Below are positions 39,511 through 52,879 of a DNA stretch of 64,000 nt, piece by piece (within the stretch, counting starts at the first letter, position 1; each line of letters opens with the position of its first letter). The translations under genes and the position numbers were made by a program. The notes beneath the pieces were generated by a model. That model did not search any database. It saw only the letters and a program-made list of their open reading frames with translations, and had not been told where the DNA came from. The stretch is from positions 174,592,001-174,656,000 of the forward strand of contig NC_042998.1 in assembly GCF_006345805.1 (NCBI RefSeq), read 5' to 3'. Source of the DNA: Octopus sinensis. Taxonomy: Eukaryota.

Positions 39511-40864
39511 AAGAATACAGAACTCTTCTGGCATCTAGGAAGTGGCTATGTTCAATATGCAGAAAAGGAATGGATAGGAATTCTATACTATGAACCCAGT
39601 GTAAACTGTAAGTGCACTAAAGGTGCAGTAGGATCTCAAAGAAGTAAACTGGGAAGTAACAGACACACAGGAATAGTTAGTAATAGAAGCTCCTATGAAA
39701 TGCAATTCTTCAACTGCCAAGACAGATAACTAAAATTGACAGTTTCTGTTACCAAGGTGACCTAATCAGCGGTGGAAACAGGTTTTGCGAAAGCATAGTA
39801 GTAAAAGCATGAATGAAGTCAAGGGCACTGTTAACAGCTGGTAACAAAGGAGACAGCAAGTGACAGTAACAAGTGGTGAGAAGCTGTACTATAACACACA
39901 CCTGTATAACCCATGTCATTAATAGAAAACAGATGTGAAATGATGATGACAATTATGGAACTCTCCAGCACGCTAATGCAAAACAGATATGCTAGCATCC
40001 ATTAACACTCCATTCTAAGGCTTCAGTAATAAAATATAACGTGAATTAAAGCTTTTCAAACAAGGTCATTTATTTCTCATTTATTTCGTTTTCGTTTATT
40101 TTTCTTTGTTTTATTTATATATTTTGTGTTAGGTTTTTTTCATCAGGGTAAAATGTAAATTTCTGTTCATTCTCTCTTTTTTTTTAATATTTTTTTTCTA
40201 GTATCTCCCTCCAACCACTTCTTTTTGATACAGCACATCTAGTATCTCTCTCTCTCTCAAACTCTTTTTTGCACCTCCTACAATATAACTGTCAGGTCTT
40301 TTTCCCTTTCTATTTGATATTTATTCTCTCTCCTCTCTCTAATTCCTTTGCCACCCCTCTTTCTTCCAAGTTTCCTCTAGCTCTCTCTCCATCTCATCAC
40401 CTCCAATCCTTACCACACCTTTGGCCACTGCATGTAGTTTCTTCCTCTATTTTTTTCCTACATAACCCTAACTATTACTCTTCTGCTCTTTCCCTCTCTG
40501 TCTCCTCAATACCTCTCTCTCTCTCCCTCCCCCCCTACTGATACACAGTAAAAGCATTATGTTATTATATGTGATGGTTTGTTGAATTACTATTCTGATC
40601 TTGATTCCTCCCACACACAAAGTTACATACAATAGACCAAAACCCTAATCAAGAATAAAGTTAACCCTCAACCAATTTAACACTACAAAATGTAAAAGAC
40701 CACCACCTTACATTCTCCCCCCCCCCCCCTTACCTTTATCGTTTCTGTATTCCTTTCAGATTTATACCTACCACTCTCTCTATCACTCTGTCTTAGATTC
40801 AATATTTTGATTCCTTTAAGTAGCCTTACCACGTTCCACTGAACAGATACTTCTAGCATTTATA

Positions 40865-42195
40865 TACATGGAGGTACCCAAGAGAAACCAGGCAGCGAGC
40901 TGGCAGAAACGTTAACATGCCGGGCAAAATGCTTAGCGGTATTTCGTCTGCCATTACATTCTGAGTTCAAATTCCACCGAGATCGACTTTGCCTTTCATC
41001 CTTTCGGGGTCGATAAATTAAGTACCAGTTACGCACTGGGGTCGATATAATCGACTTAATCCATTTGTCTGTCCTTGTTTGTCCTCTCTATTTTTAGCCC
41101 CTTGTGGGTAGTAAAGAAATAGGTATTTCGTCTGCCGTTATGTTCTGAGTTCAAATTCCGCCAAGGTCGACTTTGCCTTTCATCCTTTCGGGGTCGATAA
41201 ATTAAGTACCAGTTACGCACTGGGGTCGATATAATCGACTTAATCCGTTTGTCTGTCCTTGTTTGTCCCCTCTATGTTTAGCCCTTGTGGGCAGTAAAGA
41301 AATAAGAAACATTCTCTGTGGAATAAACACATTGTAGTTCAGGCTTCTGCCACTAGAAGCCACTTGATATGACCTTCAGGCATCAGTCTGCTGACCACCA
41401 AAGCCAGTTGAAGTCATACTGCCATGTGGTGCATCCTTGTTTTGCAGTACTTCTCCCCTGTTTATCGATTTTTCAATGGCTAAAACAAAGGAACATCATG
41501 CTTCTATGAAATTCTGTTTTCTGCAGGAGAAAATGGTAGCCAAAACAGTTGTCATGCTTCAAACAGCTTACAAGGATGCTGCCATGAGCAAAACACAAGT
41601 TTACGAGTGGTTTCCATGCTTTAGGAATGGTCAATTGTCGCTTAAGAACCAGCCTCGTTCACAATGACTGTCAATCTTCCGAACAAATGAAAACATAATG
41701 AAAATTCATGAAATGATCTTGGAAGACTATGCCCAAACAAATGACGAACTTGTTGATATGACTGGTGTGTCCTGGAGCTCCTGTCAACGAATTTTGAGCA
41801 AGGAATTGCAAATGAAAAAAGTTGCAGCAAAATTTGTGCCTCGCTTGCTCATAGAAGATCAAAAGCAGTCATGACTGGATGTGTGTCATGAACTGAAAGA
41901 AGAGTTGGAAGTTGACCCAGACCTTTTTTTTTTTTTGAAGGTCATCACTGGTGACAAAAGCTAGTGCTATGGAATTTGCAGATGTGGAAGAGGTAAAGAA
42001 AAAAAAAAAACACAGAGGCATTAAAAGGCATCACTTCACAAGAGTTCCAGCATTGCTTCTAACAGTGGAAAATGAACCTGGACCAATGCATTGCTTCAAA
42101 TGGAGAATACTTTGAAGGTGATAAAAGTGTATACATGTAAAACTAAGTGAATAAAATATTGCAAAATTCCAGTTTCTTTTGGGTACCCCCTCGTA
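40865..42195 (+). mobile_element. Internally deleted mariner element with a nested SINE dimer
   Basis: Left TIR tacatggaggtacccaagagaaac vs reverse complement of right TIR tacgagggggtacccaaaagaaac; AMSKTQVYEWF..FRNG, KFVPRLL, KVITGDKS*CYG, GEYFEGDK. Confidence 0.85.
40893..41305 (+). mobile_element. Family-B SINE dimer inserted in a mariner element
   Basis: Same two-unit structure and junction (aaagaaata|ggtatttcgtctg) as 3998-4401. Confidence 0.85.
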
Positions 42196-42848
42196 TATAT
42201 ATATATATCTTTTATTTGTTTCAGTCATCGGGCTACAGTCATACTGGGGCACCACCTTGAAGGTTTTAACTGAACAAATTGGCCTCAATCATCATCATCA
42301 TCATCATCATCGTTTAACATCTGCTTTCCATGCTAGCATGGGTTGGACGGTTCAACTGGGGTCTGGGAAGCCAGAAGGCTGCACCAGGCCCAGTCTGATC
42401 TGGCAGTGTTTCTACAGCTGGATGCCCTTCCTAACGCCAACCACTCCGTGAGTGTAGTGGGTGCTTTTTACGTGCCAGACGAGGCTGGCAATGGCCACGA
42501 TCGGACGGTGCTTTTTACGTGCCACCGGCACGGAGGCCAGCCGGGGTGGCGCTGCCAACAGCCACATTTGGATGGTTCTCTTATATGTCACCGGCACTGG
42601 TATCACAGCTACAATTTCCATTGATGTTGATCAATTTCGATTTTGGTCTGGTACTTATTCTATTGCTCTCTTCAGCTGGACCACTAGGTTACAGGGATGT
42701 AAACAAACCAACACCAGTTGTCAAGCAGTGATGGGCAACAAACACAATTGTGAAGACATAAATATATATATTTCACTTAGGCCATTGTGGTACTAATATA
42801 TGTATGCTTCAGAACAAAACATCAGTTGAATACAGAGAGGTAATATGA

Positions 42849-43104
42849 AATTGAGATGATAAAGGAATAAATAATTATCTTATGAACCTCATTAGCTTGC
42901 AGCTGTTTCTGCTATAAGATGCAATGGACTCATAGTAGAGTGCCTGAGTATCGCTTTATAGCTTCATCAGAGCTTCAATATGATGATTCAGTTATATGGT
43001 AATACTTAGACACACGACAATAAGTCCATTGCATCTTATACCAGAAGTAGTTATAAGCTAATTAAGTTCATAAGATAATTATTTATTCCTTTGACATTTC
43101 AATT
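42849..43104. mobile_element. Foldback element (~82-bp imperfect inverted arms) with a hammerhead-like motif; Penelope-like end candidate
   Basis: 42849-42930 is the imperfect reverse complement of 43023-43104; minus strand carries CTGATGA...GAAACAGCTG. Confidence 0.6.
42894..42974 (-). ncRNA. Degenerate minimal type-I hammerhead ribozyme motif
   Basis: AGCU-CUGAUGA-A-GCUAUAA...UUAUAGC-A-GAAA-C-AGCU-G-CA-AGCU; core intact except U16.1>C. Confidence 0.45.
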
Positions 43105-43469
43105 TCTTATATATCTATATAAAACAGATTAAATGATGATCTTACAAACAATAACTCTGAGCACCTTTTCAAACTGTCTAACACCCGTGGACATGTTTAC
43201 AAAGCCAGAAAACAGCACAGCTCCCATGACTTTAGGAAACATTTTTTCACAATAAGAATTGCTGAAGTATGGAACAAACTGCTGGCATCAGTTGTTAGTT
43301 GTCAGAGCACTGCATCCTTCAAAACTTCCATGCTTCCTGACATTCGCCAACACTACACCTCATTTTCTCCCCTCCATACACACGCAAGCATGTATCGGAC
43401 TCATACATTGTTCGCTTTCCAAGATATTTCACACATGCACATCGTTTGTTTTTGATTTTGTCAACTATA

Positions 43470-43857
43470 CAGTATAGCAGAGTCAGTTGAGCACTGTCTG
43501 TGAGAAAAACAGCATCATGACACAGTTCACTCTGCTAGAAATTTGAAAACAAGCTGTACTACTTGGCATTCACACCGGAAGCTCCAATATGAACATTTCA
43601 GTGTTTGGGTGTCAATCTGAGTACAGTGCAATCTGAGGACATGAACCAAGGGTGATAAAAATGAAACATCATGACGTTTGGAGTGATCACTAGTGATGGT
43701 GACATTATGCCTCCATTCATCTTCCCACACGGCCTCAGACTCAACACAGAGGCCTACATCAAGTGCCTGGAAGAGGTAGTGCTACCCTGGGTAAGAGATG
43801 TCAGTGTTATTTTCATTTTTGCGTAATTTAGACAACAGTTTATTGACCGCACCCTGT
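43470..43857 (+). mobile_element. Internally deleted derivative of the DD37D element at 10150
   Basis: Collinear blocks (cttggcattcacaccggaagctc; tttggagtgatcactagtgatgg; right end tttagacaacagtttattgaccgcaccctgta) with two large deletions. Confidence 0.8.
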
Positions 43858-43881
43858 ATGTGTGTGTATGTATGTGTGTGT

Positions 43882-43926
<45 letters not shown>

Positions 43927-46900
43927 AACACATCATCATCATCATCATCGTTTAACGTCCGTTTTCCGTGCTAGCACGGGTTGGACGGTTCGACCGGGGT
44001 CTGGGAAGCCAGAGGCTGCACCAGGCTCCAGTCTGATCTGGCAGAGTTTCTACAGCTGGATCCCCTTCCTAACGCCAACCACTCTGCGAGTATAGTGGGT
44101 GCTTTTTACGTGCCACCTGCACAGGTGCCAGGGGAGTCCGGCATCAGCCACGATCAGTTGGTGCTTTTAACGTGCCACCGGCACGGAAGCCAGCCAAGGC
44201 GGCGCTGGCATCGGCCATGTTCGGATGGTGCTTTTTATGTGCCACCGGCACTGGAGCCAGACAAGGCTGCGCTGGCATCAGCCACGTTCGGATGGTGCTT
44301 TTTATGTGCCACCAGCATAGAAGCCAGTCGAGGCGGCGCTGGCAACGGCCACGTTCGGATGGTGCACTCACACACATGATCTGAAGAGTTTGAAACTGCA
44401 GTATTGAGTTATCCTTTATTCCTCTAACGGTCTCCATAGAGGTAAGACGGAATTTTCTTATATTCACTGCCTGCACACATCTCTACCTGTAAATATTCAG
44501 TGAAGCTCTACATAGCACCATAAACTTACAGGCTGCTATTTCTAGCAACGATCATACTTTGTGCACACCTGCTATATATATATATTTATAATTCTACCTA
44601 TATGGTGCTTTATTCTTAATATCATTAATATTTTTATGATATTTATATTTTCGTGTGTGTGTGTCCAATTCTTTCCCTCTACTTCCCAAAGGCTTAACGC
44701 CTAACGCCAGAGTGGTTGGCGTTAGGAAGGGCATCCAGCTGTAGAAACTCTGCCAGATCAGATTGGAGCCTGGTGCAGCCATCTGGTTCACCAGACTTCA
44801 GTCAAATCGTCCAACCCATGCTAGCATGGAAAGCGGATGTTAAACGATGATGATGATGATGATTGTGATATATTTATTAATTCCTTTTTGATTTCTAGGG
44901 AACAAGCTGTTAAATAACAGCTATGTGAAAAACGTTCTTATTTTTTTATTTCCTTCACTTTTGGCAATTATTTTTAGTTAGCTCTTCACAGAACCAAATA
45001 TAAACGTATATTCTTTTCTTTTTTTTTGTTCCCAAATCATGTTTCTTTGCCTCTGGATAAGGTTTCTAGCTCATCCAACAGTAAACGTGTTTGCCTCAGA
45101 TATTTTTCTTCATTTTAGCTCTCCTTTCCTCTCTCTATCTCTCCTTTCCTTTCTCTATCTCCCTCTCCCAGTCACTGTCTCTTTCTCCCAGTCACACTCT
45201 CTCTCTCTCTCTCTCTCTCCCCGTCTCTTGTTTGCTCTCACATCCACTAAATTTGCCATTCACTTTTTTGGCTTCAAGGAAATGACATGCTGTTTAATAA
45301 TAGTTAAGTGAAAACATTCCAATTTTCTGTTTCTTTCACCATGGGCAATTACTACAATTAATCAATTAACTCTTAAGAATTGTCATCTTGACTTCAGTTT
45401 GCTCTTCAGAGCACAAGTACAAATGACCTTGTTCCCACCGCTACAACTGCCTGTCCAACTACCACTCCCACAATCTGTAAAGTCTACCATGATGCATTCT
45501 CTTGGTAACCAGCAGTATGGAGTCAGTCTTGTTCTAAGAGTGCAAACACAGGCTCCTCACCCCACATTTACTTACAAGCATGGAGGGATGTGATTTAGTG
45601 GTTGTAAGATTGTAAGATTTCAGGTTTCAATTATTGGACCCCAAACCTTTATTTCATGTTGCATAGTTCATTCAGCAAGCAAAAAATAGTGATCTTGTAA
45701 TGGACTGGTATCCCATTATTAACATAAACTTTTGGATCGTGTGTGTGCGCACACGCGTGTGTGTGTGTGTGCGCACACGCGTGTGTGTGTGTGTGTGTGT
45801 GTGTGTCTCCTTGTATTGAAATCATTTGATAGATGTAAATGAGTGTCATTCATTTCCAATCATCATCATCATCATCATCGTTTAACGTCCGCTTTCCATG
45901 CTAGCATGGGTTGGATGATTTTGACTGAGGGCTGGTGAACCAGATAGCTTCACCAGGCTCCAGTCTTGATCTGGCAGAGTTTCTACAGCTGGATGCCCTT
46001 CCTAACACCAACCACTCTGTGAATGTAGTGGGTGCTTTTTATGTGCCACCGGCACGGGGGACAGTCAGGTGGTTCTGGCAACAACCTCGCTCAAATTTTT
46101 TTACACATCCCACTGGCACAGGTGCCAGTAAGGTGACGCTGGTAACAATCACACTTGAATGGTGCCTTTTATGTGCCACTGACACGGAAGCCGGTTAGCT
46201 GCTCTGTCAACGATCACACTCGTATGGTGTTCTTTGCACCCGCTAGCACGGATGCCAGTCATCAAATATGATTTTGATTCTGTGAAAATGTGATTTGCCA
46301 TGAGGAAATATTACTTTACTTGGAAACAGGTGAGGTTTGGTAACAGGAAGAGCATCCAACTGTAGAAAATCTGCCTCAAATAAACTCTGTCAGACCCATG
46401 GAAGTATATAAAAGTGAACATTAAGGGGGATGATGGTATGTCAATAGTCTACATTCCTTTTCCATACTGGCTGGGTTAAGTAAATACCTATTGAAGCCTT
46501 GTTTTACATCTGGATGCCCTTCCTGCCACTACTCCTTGTTGTTGTTTTTGTTTTTTGTATTTTTTCAATTAAGATTTATTCCTTCTTCAAAAGCACAGAA
46601 TCAGAGAATAATTTTGGTGACAAAGAATGTCAACAAACAGCACCATTTTAAGTTTATTTTTATGCAACACACACAAGCAAACATTCACCAAGACAAATTC
46701 ATTTACAAATTTACACACAAATATCAGTACTGCCTGACTGGCCCCCATGCCGGTGGCATATAAAAAGCACCCACTACACTCAGAGTGGTTGGCGTTAGGT
46801 AAGGCATCCAGCTGTAGAAACTCTGACAGATCAAGATTGGAGCCTGGTACAGCCATCTGGTTCGCCAGCCCTCAGTCAAAATCGTCCAACCCATGCTAGC

Positions 46901-47088
46901 ATGGAAAGCGGACGTTAAACAATGATGATGATGATAAGTGTGTGGGGCCATGTTCGAAACGTTATATAGCCACTCTTTTTTCCCATCTTATACTGAGTGT
47001 CAAGCTAATACATTCCATGTGTATGTTGTTTTTTGACTTTTGTTGCTTTGTTATTCTTAATTTTCGATTTACTTTATACATATATATA

Positions 47089-47658
47089 TATAAGGCAGAC
47101 TGTATGACGCATGTGTACGAACAGCCATGCTATATGGCAGTGAAACATGGGCCGTGACTGCTGAGGATATGCGTAAGCTCGCAAGAAATGAAGCCAGTAT
47201 GCTCCAATGGATGTGTAATGTCAGTGTTCATACTCGACAGAGTGTAGGTACCTACTTCACTCTACTTGTGAAGACCTGTTGAGGCAAGTGAAAATCAAAA
47301 TCAAAATCGATTAACATCAGTGGAAATTGTAGCTGTGATACCAGTGCCGGTGGCACATAAGAGAACCATCCGAACGTGGCTGTTGCCAGCGCCGCCCCGA
47401 CCGGCCTCCGTGCCGGTGGCACGTAAAAAGTACTGTCCGATCGTGGCTGTTGCCAGCCTCGTCTAGCACCTGTGCCGGTGGCACATAAAAAGCACCCACT
47501 ACACTCATGGAGTGGTTGGCGTTAGGAAGGGCATCCAGCCATAGAAACATTGCCAGATCAGACTGGGCCTGGTGCAACCTTCTGGCTTCCCAGACCCCAG
47601 TTGAACCGTCCAACCCATGGAAAGCGGACGCTAAACGATGATGATGATGATGATGATG
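47089..47658 (+). mobile_element. RTE fragment: RT C-terminal coding piece joined to the 3' UTR and (GAT)n tail
   Basis: GRLYDACVRTAMLYGSETWAVTAEDMRKLARNEASML followed (after a deletion) by gaagacctgttgaggc...cggacgctaaacgatgatg; links the abundant short repeat to an RTE. Confidence 0.85.
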
Positions 47659-48334
47659 TAACCAATCCTGGAAAAATTCAATTAAACCTAGCACGATTTG
47701 AACAGTCAACGTTAAAATACAAAAGACTATGTACTTTGCTCGACGTTTTACATTAGCAAATCAAGAACTTATGAAAATGAAATATGTACATCTTTTGTTC
47801 AAGCAAATGTCAGATAAAAAATACTGTTACATTTTCAGATGTTCAAAAAACATTTTAAAAAAATGAAAATTCATTAAATAGCAAGACAATCTCTCTAGAA
47901 ATATGTAATACAGATAAAATTAATTTGTGGCAAATTGTTCTCTATGAAGTGACAGTTAAACTCTGCACAAGATGTGTGCTATCATTCTAAGCCCGAAGGC
48001 TAATACGATTATCTTGGGTGTGTGATGAGCTGTGCTATCTAATATGATGACACACTTTACCAGACCTAGCTTTGCACTCACTAAATTCGGAGTTAATAAA
48101 CTGTAAAATTAGGTAACGGAACATTTTCTCTTTATTAATGCCTTGAAAGAATTATCCTCAATGAAGGCTCTCTTTCAAAGCATCAAGCCATGTTAAATTT
48201 TTTTTATTTTTTCACATTTTGAAAGTCTTATCACTTACATACTAACCACTCCCATACTCTCTACACTGTCTAGCTTACAAAACCTTTTAACAATTACTCT
48301 TCATAATAATTTATATATATATATATATATATAT

Positions 48335-49430
48335 ATCATCATCATCATTTAGCATCTGCTTTCCATGCTGGCATGGGTTGGACAATTTGACTGAAAACTG
48401 GTAAGCAAGAGGGCTGCACCAGGTTCCGATCTGATTTGGCAAGATTTCTAAGGCTGGATGCCCTTCCTAATGCCAACCATTCCCAGAGTGTAGTGGGTGT
48501 TTTATACATCCCACTGGCACTGGTGCCATTGACCTGACACCAGCATTGGCCATGACTATGGATGGTCTGACTTGGCTTGACAAGTCTACACAACCATGAT
48601 ATATGGCCAACGGTCTTGGTCACGTGTCACTGCCTCCATGAGGCCCAAGGCTTAAACAACACTTTTTATGTGCCACCAGCACAAGTGCCAGTCAGACAGC
48701 ACTGGCATCAGCCACGACTAAGATTTCACTCGGTTCAACAGGTCTTCACAAGCACAGTTTATCACACAATAACTGAAGGGTGCTTTTAACAGACCAGTTA
48801 CATGACACTGACATCAGTCATGACTACAATCTCACTTGGCTTGCTGGGTCTTCTCAAGCACGGCATATCTCCGAAGGTCTTGGTCACTTATCATTGCCTT
48901 CGTGAAACCCAACATTCGAAGGTCATGCTTCACCATCTCACTCCATGTCTTCCTGGGTCTACCTCTTCCACAGGTTTCGTCCACCGTTAGAGTGCGACAA
49001 CTCTTCACACAGCTATCCTCATTCATATGCATCACACGACCATACCAGCACAGTCGTCTCTCTTGCACACCACATTCGATGCTTCTTATGTCCAACTTTT
49101 CTCTCAGGACACTTACACTCTGTCATGCATGCACACTGACATTACATATCCAGTGGAGCATATTAGCTTCATTTCTTACAAGCCTATGTTTTACTGCCAT
49201 TCAGCACAGCTGTCCACATGCAGATATCATACAGTCTGCCTTTCACTCTCAGTGAGAGGCCCTTTGTTACCAGCAGAGGTAGGAGCTCTCTGAACTTTGC
49301 CCAGCCTATTCTAATTCTAGTAGCTATGCCCTCAGCGCATCCACCCCCACTACTGACTTGGTCACCTAGGTAATGGAAGCTATCAACTACTTCTAGTTTC
49401 CCCCTGGCATGTGATGGAATCTGTTTCCTA
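48335..49430 (-). mobile_element. 5'-truncated RTE LINE (ORF end + 3' UTR + (GAT)n tail)
   Basis: RIRIGWAKFRELLPLL..KGRLYD, QERRLCWYGRVMHMNEDSCVK, GRGRPRKTW, ...VLEKTQQAK*; UTR ends in catcatcat on +. Confidence 0.88.
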
Positions 49431-49577
49431 TACATTTATGGTCTTTATTGTACCTGTGCATCTCCCACACACAAAAACTACCTTACCTATTAACCTTCCT
49501 CTGATATTGCTGCACCTCTTATGTATCCATAGCTTACACCAGGTACATCTTATGGAGTTTCTCTATCTTATGGAGTT

Positions 49578-50107
49578 CATCATCATCATCATCATCATTT
49601 AACGTCCGCTTTCCATGCTAGCATGGGTTGGATGGTTCAACTGGTGTCTGGGGAGCCCGAAGGCTGCACCAGGCCAGTCAGATCTGGCAGTGTTTCTACA
49701 GCTGGATGCCCTTCCTAACGCCAACCACTCCGAGAGTGTAGTGGGTGATTTTATGTGCCACCGACACAGGTGCCAGACGAGGCTGGCGAACGGCCACGCT
49801 CGGATGGTGTTTTTATGTGCCACCGACACAGGTGCCAGACGACCACGCTCGGATGGTGTTTTTATGTGCCACCGACACAGGTGCCAGACGAGGCTGGCGA
49901 ACGACCACGCTCGGATGGTGTTTTTATGTGCCACCGACACAGGTGCCAGACAAGGCTGGCAGACAACCATGCTCGGATGGTGTTTTTATGTGCCACCGAC
50001 ACAGGTGCCAGACGAGGCTGGCGAACGGCCACGCTCGGATGGTGTTTTTATGTGCCACCGACACAGGTGCCAGACAAGGCTAGCAGACGACCACGCTCGG
50101 ATGGTGT

Positions 50108-50110
<3 letters not shown>
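49578..50110 (-). mobile_element. RTE 3' end with six internal ~62-bp minisatellite units
   Basis: gtgccaccgacacaggtgccagac at about 49755, 49816, 49867, 49928, 49990, 50051. Confidence 0.88.
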
Positions 50111-50143
<33 letters not shown>

Positions 50144-50323
50144 TCATCATCATCGTTTAACATCCATTTTCCATGCTAGCATGGTTTGGATGGTTTGACC
50201 GGGGTCTGGAAATCTAGGAGGCTGCACCAGGCTCCAGTTTGATCTGGCAGTGTTTCTACAGCTGGATGCCCTTCCTAGTGCCAACCACTCCGTGAGTGTA
50301 GTGGGTGCTTTTTACATGCCACC

Positions 50324-50362
<39 letters not shown>

Positions 50363-50723
50363 TATAGAAAACAACTGGCTTCTTTTAAATTTCCATGAAG
50401 CAAATGCATCTTCAAAGCTTCTGCCTAATATGCTAATGTGCGTATTGGGGCTGAATGTGGTGAGATCATGTGGCTGCAAAGAAAACTTTTCAACCACAAA
50501 GCCATATCTGGACCCATGGCCATTCCCCCACCCCACCCTCTCTCTTTCTCTGTTTTTGAAAAGCTGAAATAGTAAAAAAAATGCTTAACACAACGCACAA
50601 ATTTCTTTCCATAGGTTTGTGTCATTCTGGTTTTTAAAAATTTTTTCTTATATAATTAATAATTTTTTTATTTAAGAAAAATCTTCCATCAAAAACTGTG
50701 ACTATCAAAAATGTTTTCTAAAA

Positions 50724-50798
<75 letters not shown>
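50724..50798. repeat. Perfect (TG)n microsatellite
   Basis: Directly visible. Confidence 0.97.
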
Positions 50799-50801
<3 letters not shown>

Positions 50802-51341
50802 TCGTCATCATTGTTTAATGTCTTCTTTCCATGCTGGCATGGGTTGGACGGTTTGACAGGAGCAGGCCAGGCAAGAGCCTGCACCAGACTTCTATGTCTG
50901 TTTTGGCATGGTTTTTACGGTTGGATGCCCTTCCTAACACCAGCCACCCAGCAAAGTGGACTGAGTGCTTTTTTACTTGACACAAGCACAGGTGAGGTCA
51001 GTTTGGCATGGTTTTTACAGCTGGATGACCTTTCAAATGTCAACCACTTTACAGTGTGGAATGGATGCTATTTTAAGTGGCACCAGCACTGGCAGGGTCA
51101 CCAAGTAACTTGAGAGGGGAGGGGGAATGGAGGAAGGGATCTTGTGTCAGATGATGAAAAGTTATAGTGAGACAGAGGGACAGAAACATGAGTCTTGCTG
51201 TAGGGGAGTACATGGTTACCTGGCCAGAGACAGACAGATATAAAACAGGTAGTTGTGTTATGCAGATACAGTTATTGCCATACATACACAACAAATTCTC
51301 AAATAAACCACAACAGATGTAGCACAAAGCAATGCACTTAC

Positions 51342-51466
51342 TCAGAAACTGAGAACGTTGTACAGCTGGAATGATATCTGTACATTAGTAAATCACTATT
51401 TACTCTTATTACACTGCCTTTTAAGTCCAGATGTTTATAGAAAAATATCAGGTCCTCAGGTGTTCC
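51342..51466 (-). CDS. B3GNTL1: B3GNTL1/QTGAL exon
   Basis: ttttag|GTPEDLIFFYKHLDLKGSVIRVNSDLLMYRYHSSCTTFSVS+GA|GTAAGT; 125 nt. Confidence 0.92.
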
Positions 51467-51514
51467 CTAAAAATTAGAAAATAACAAACACAAATGGGTA
51501 AATGTTACAATATA

Positions 51515-51815
51515 TCCAAAAACGAAATTACAATAAACACATTCTGTTGTGTCTGGGGAGAGTCATTTTCTTTTTGTACCTTATAATGTAACACACTCAC
51601 TATTCCAAAACTATTGAAAAGGTTGCAAGACGCAACGAAAATTTTAGGAAAATAAAAATAAGAAAAAAAAGTGGAAATTTTACCGTTGAGTGTATTAAAT
51701 TATAAGGCACAAAAAGAAAATGACTCTCCCCAGACACAACAGAACATGCTTCAACACATGAACTCATCTAAAGAATCTTGCAAACCAAATCCAAAAACGA
51801 AATAAAAAGATTATA
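51515..51815. repeat. Foldback repeat family (inverted ttctgttgtgtctggggagagtcattttctttttg arms), second copy at 58040-58250
   Basis: Arms at ~51541-51600 and ~51688-51746 are reverse complements; homologous arrangement at 58104-58150 / 58190-58246. Confidence 0.75.
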
Positions 51816-52783
51816 GCTGAAATAATCTTTTTTGTTTCTTCTATATATTGAGGGAATGAAGAAGCTTCTATATGGTTGTGTTAACAGCCAGAAATACTAG
51901 CAAGGCTTTTTCTCAAATCACATACTAGAGTAAAAGAGTAAAGGGTAAAGACTCCCTCCAGTCATGATTGACCACTGCACGTAGAAAGTTCCCCTCCAAG
52001 GCACTCTCTAGGCAAGGTTGTTTATGGAAGACCAACAGTTGCCCATGCATACCAGCCTCCCCTCTTAATACCACTGATGTTATCCAAGGGAAAGGCAAAG
52101 GCTGATACAGCTTGGCACCAGTGATGTCGCAACTCATTTCTACAGCTGAGTGAACTGGGGCAATGTGAAATAAAGTGTCTTTCTCAAGAACACAACACAC
52201 AGCCCAGTCCAGGAGTTGAACTCACTACCTCATGATTGTGAGCCTGACAATCTAACCACTAAGCCATGCACCTTCAAAATTATATAATGTAGTCCAAGAT
52301 ATAAGTCAGTAAAAAATAATCACTGATGGAAATCTTTTGATCACAGATCAGTTCAATCAACATTGTACATGGTATTAATATTAAAAATAACTGTTTCATA
52401 TCAATTCATACATTTATAGTCATCTCCAGTAGCCTATTCCTAGTCATGTACATAATTCAAGGCTGAATATGAATTCAGAACTCAAATTTCTAACATAGGT
52501 TTTCAGTCATTCCAAGCCATGCAGCTAGCACAATCTTGATGGTATAGTAATTAAGAGCTACATGTCTTGATACATTTGCTGCGTTAATGGTGGTCCAGAT
52601 GTAATTATGAAAATACTGGGCCCGAGTAACATTCCACAATTAGCCTTAGAGTAATATGCATGCAGCATTTACACATATCATTTGACCATTTGATAGTTAG
52701 GTTAAAAACCTATCCACCCAACTGCCAACCGTCCTTTCTACAGTCATGCAAAAATAGTTGAAGAAAGAAAGAATAACCCTTAC

Positions 52784-52879
52784 TTGACCATCTTCTGAGA
52801 AGCCACCGACTTTGTCAAATAATTCTCGAGAGCAAAACCAAGTTGGCATGGCAATTGTGGGACCATGGGATGTAAAAAT
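52784..52879 (-). CDS. B3GNTL1: B3GNTL1/QTGAL exon
   Basis: ttatag|[32 protein letters not shown]|GTAAGG; 96 nt. Confidence 0.93.

Noticed and set aside
49599-50198. Repetitive ORFs (MCHRHRCQTRL...) and a CRISPR-like look
   Set aside because: Tandem units of the RTE 3' UTR minisatellite; no unique spacers, no cas genes, eukaryotic context
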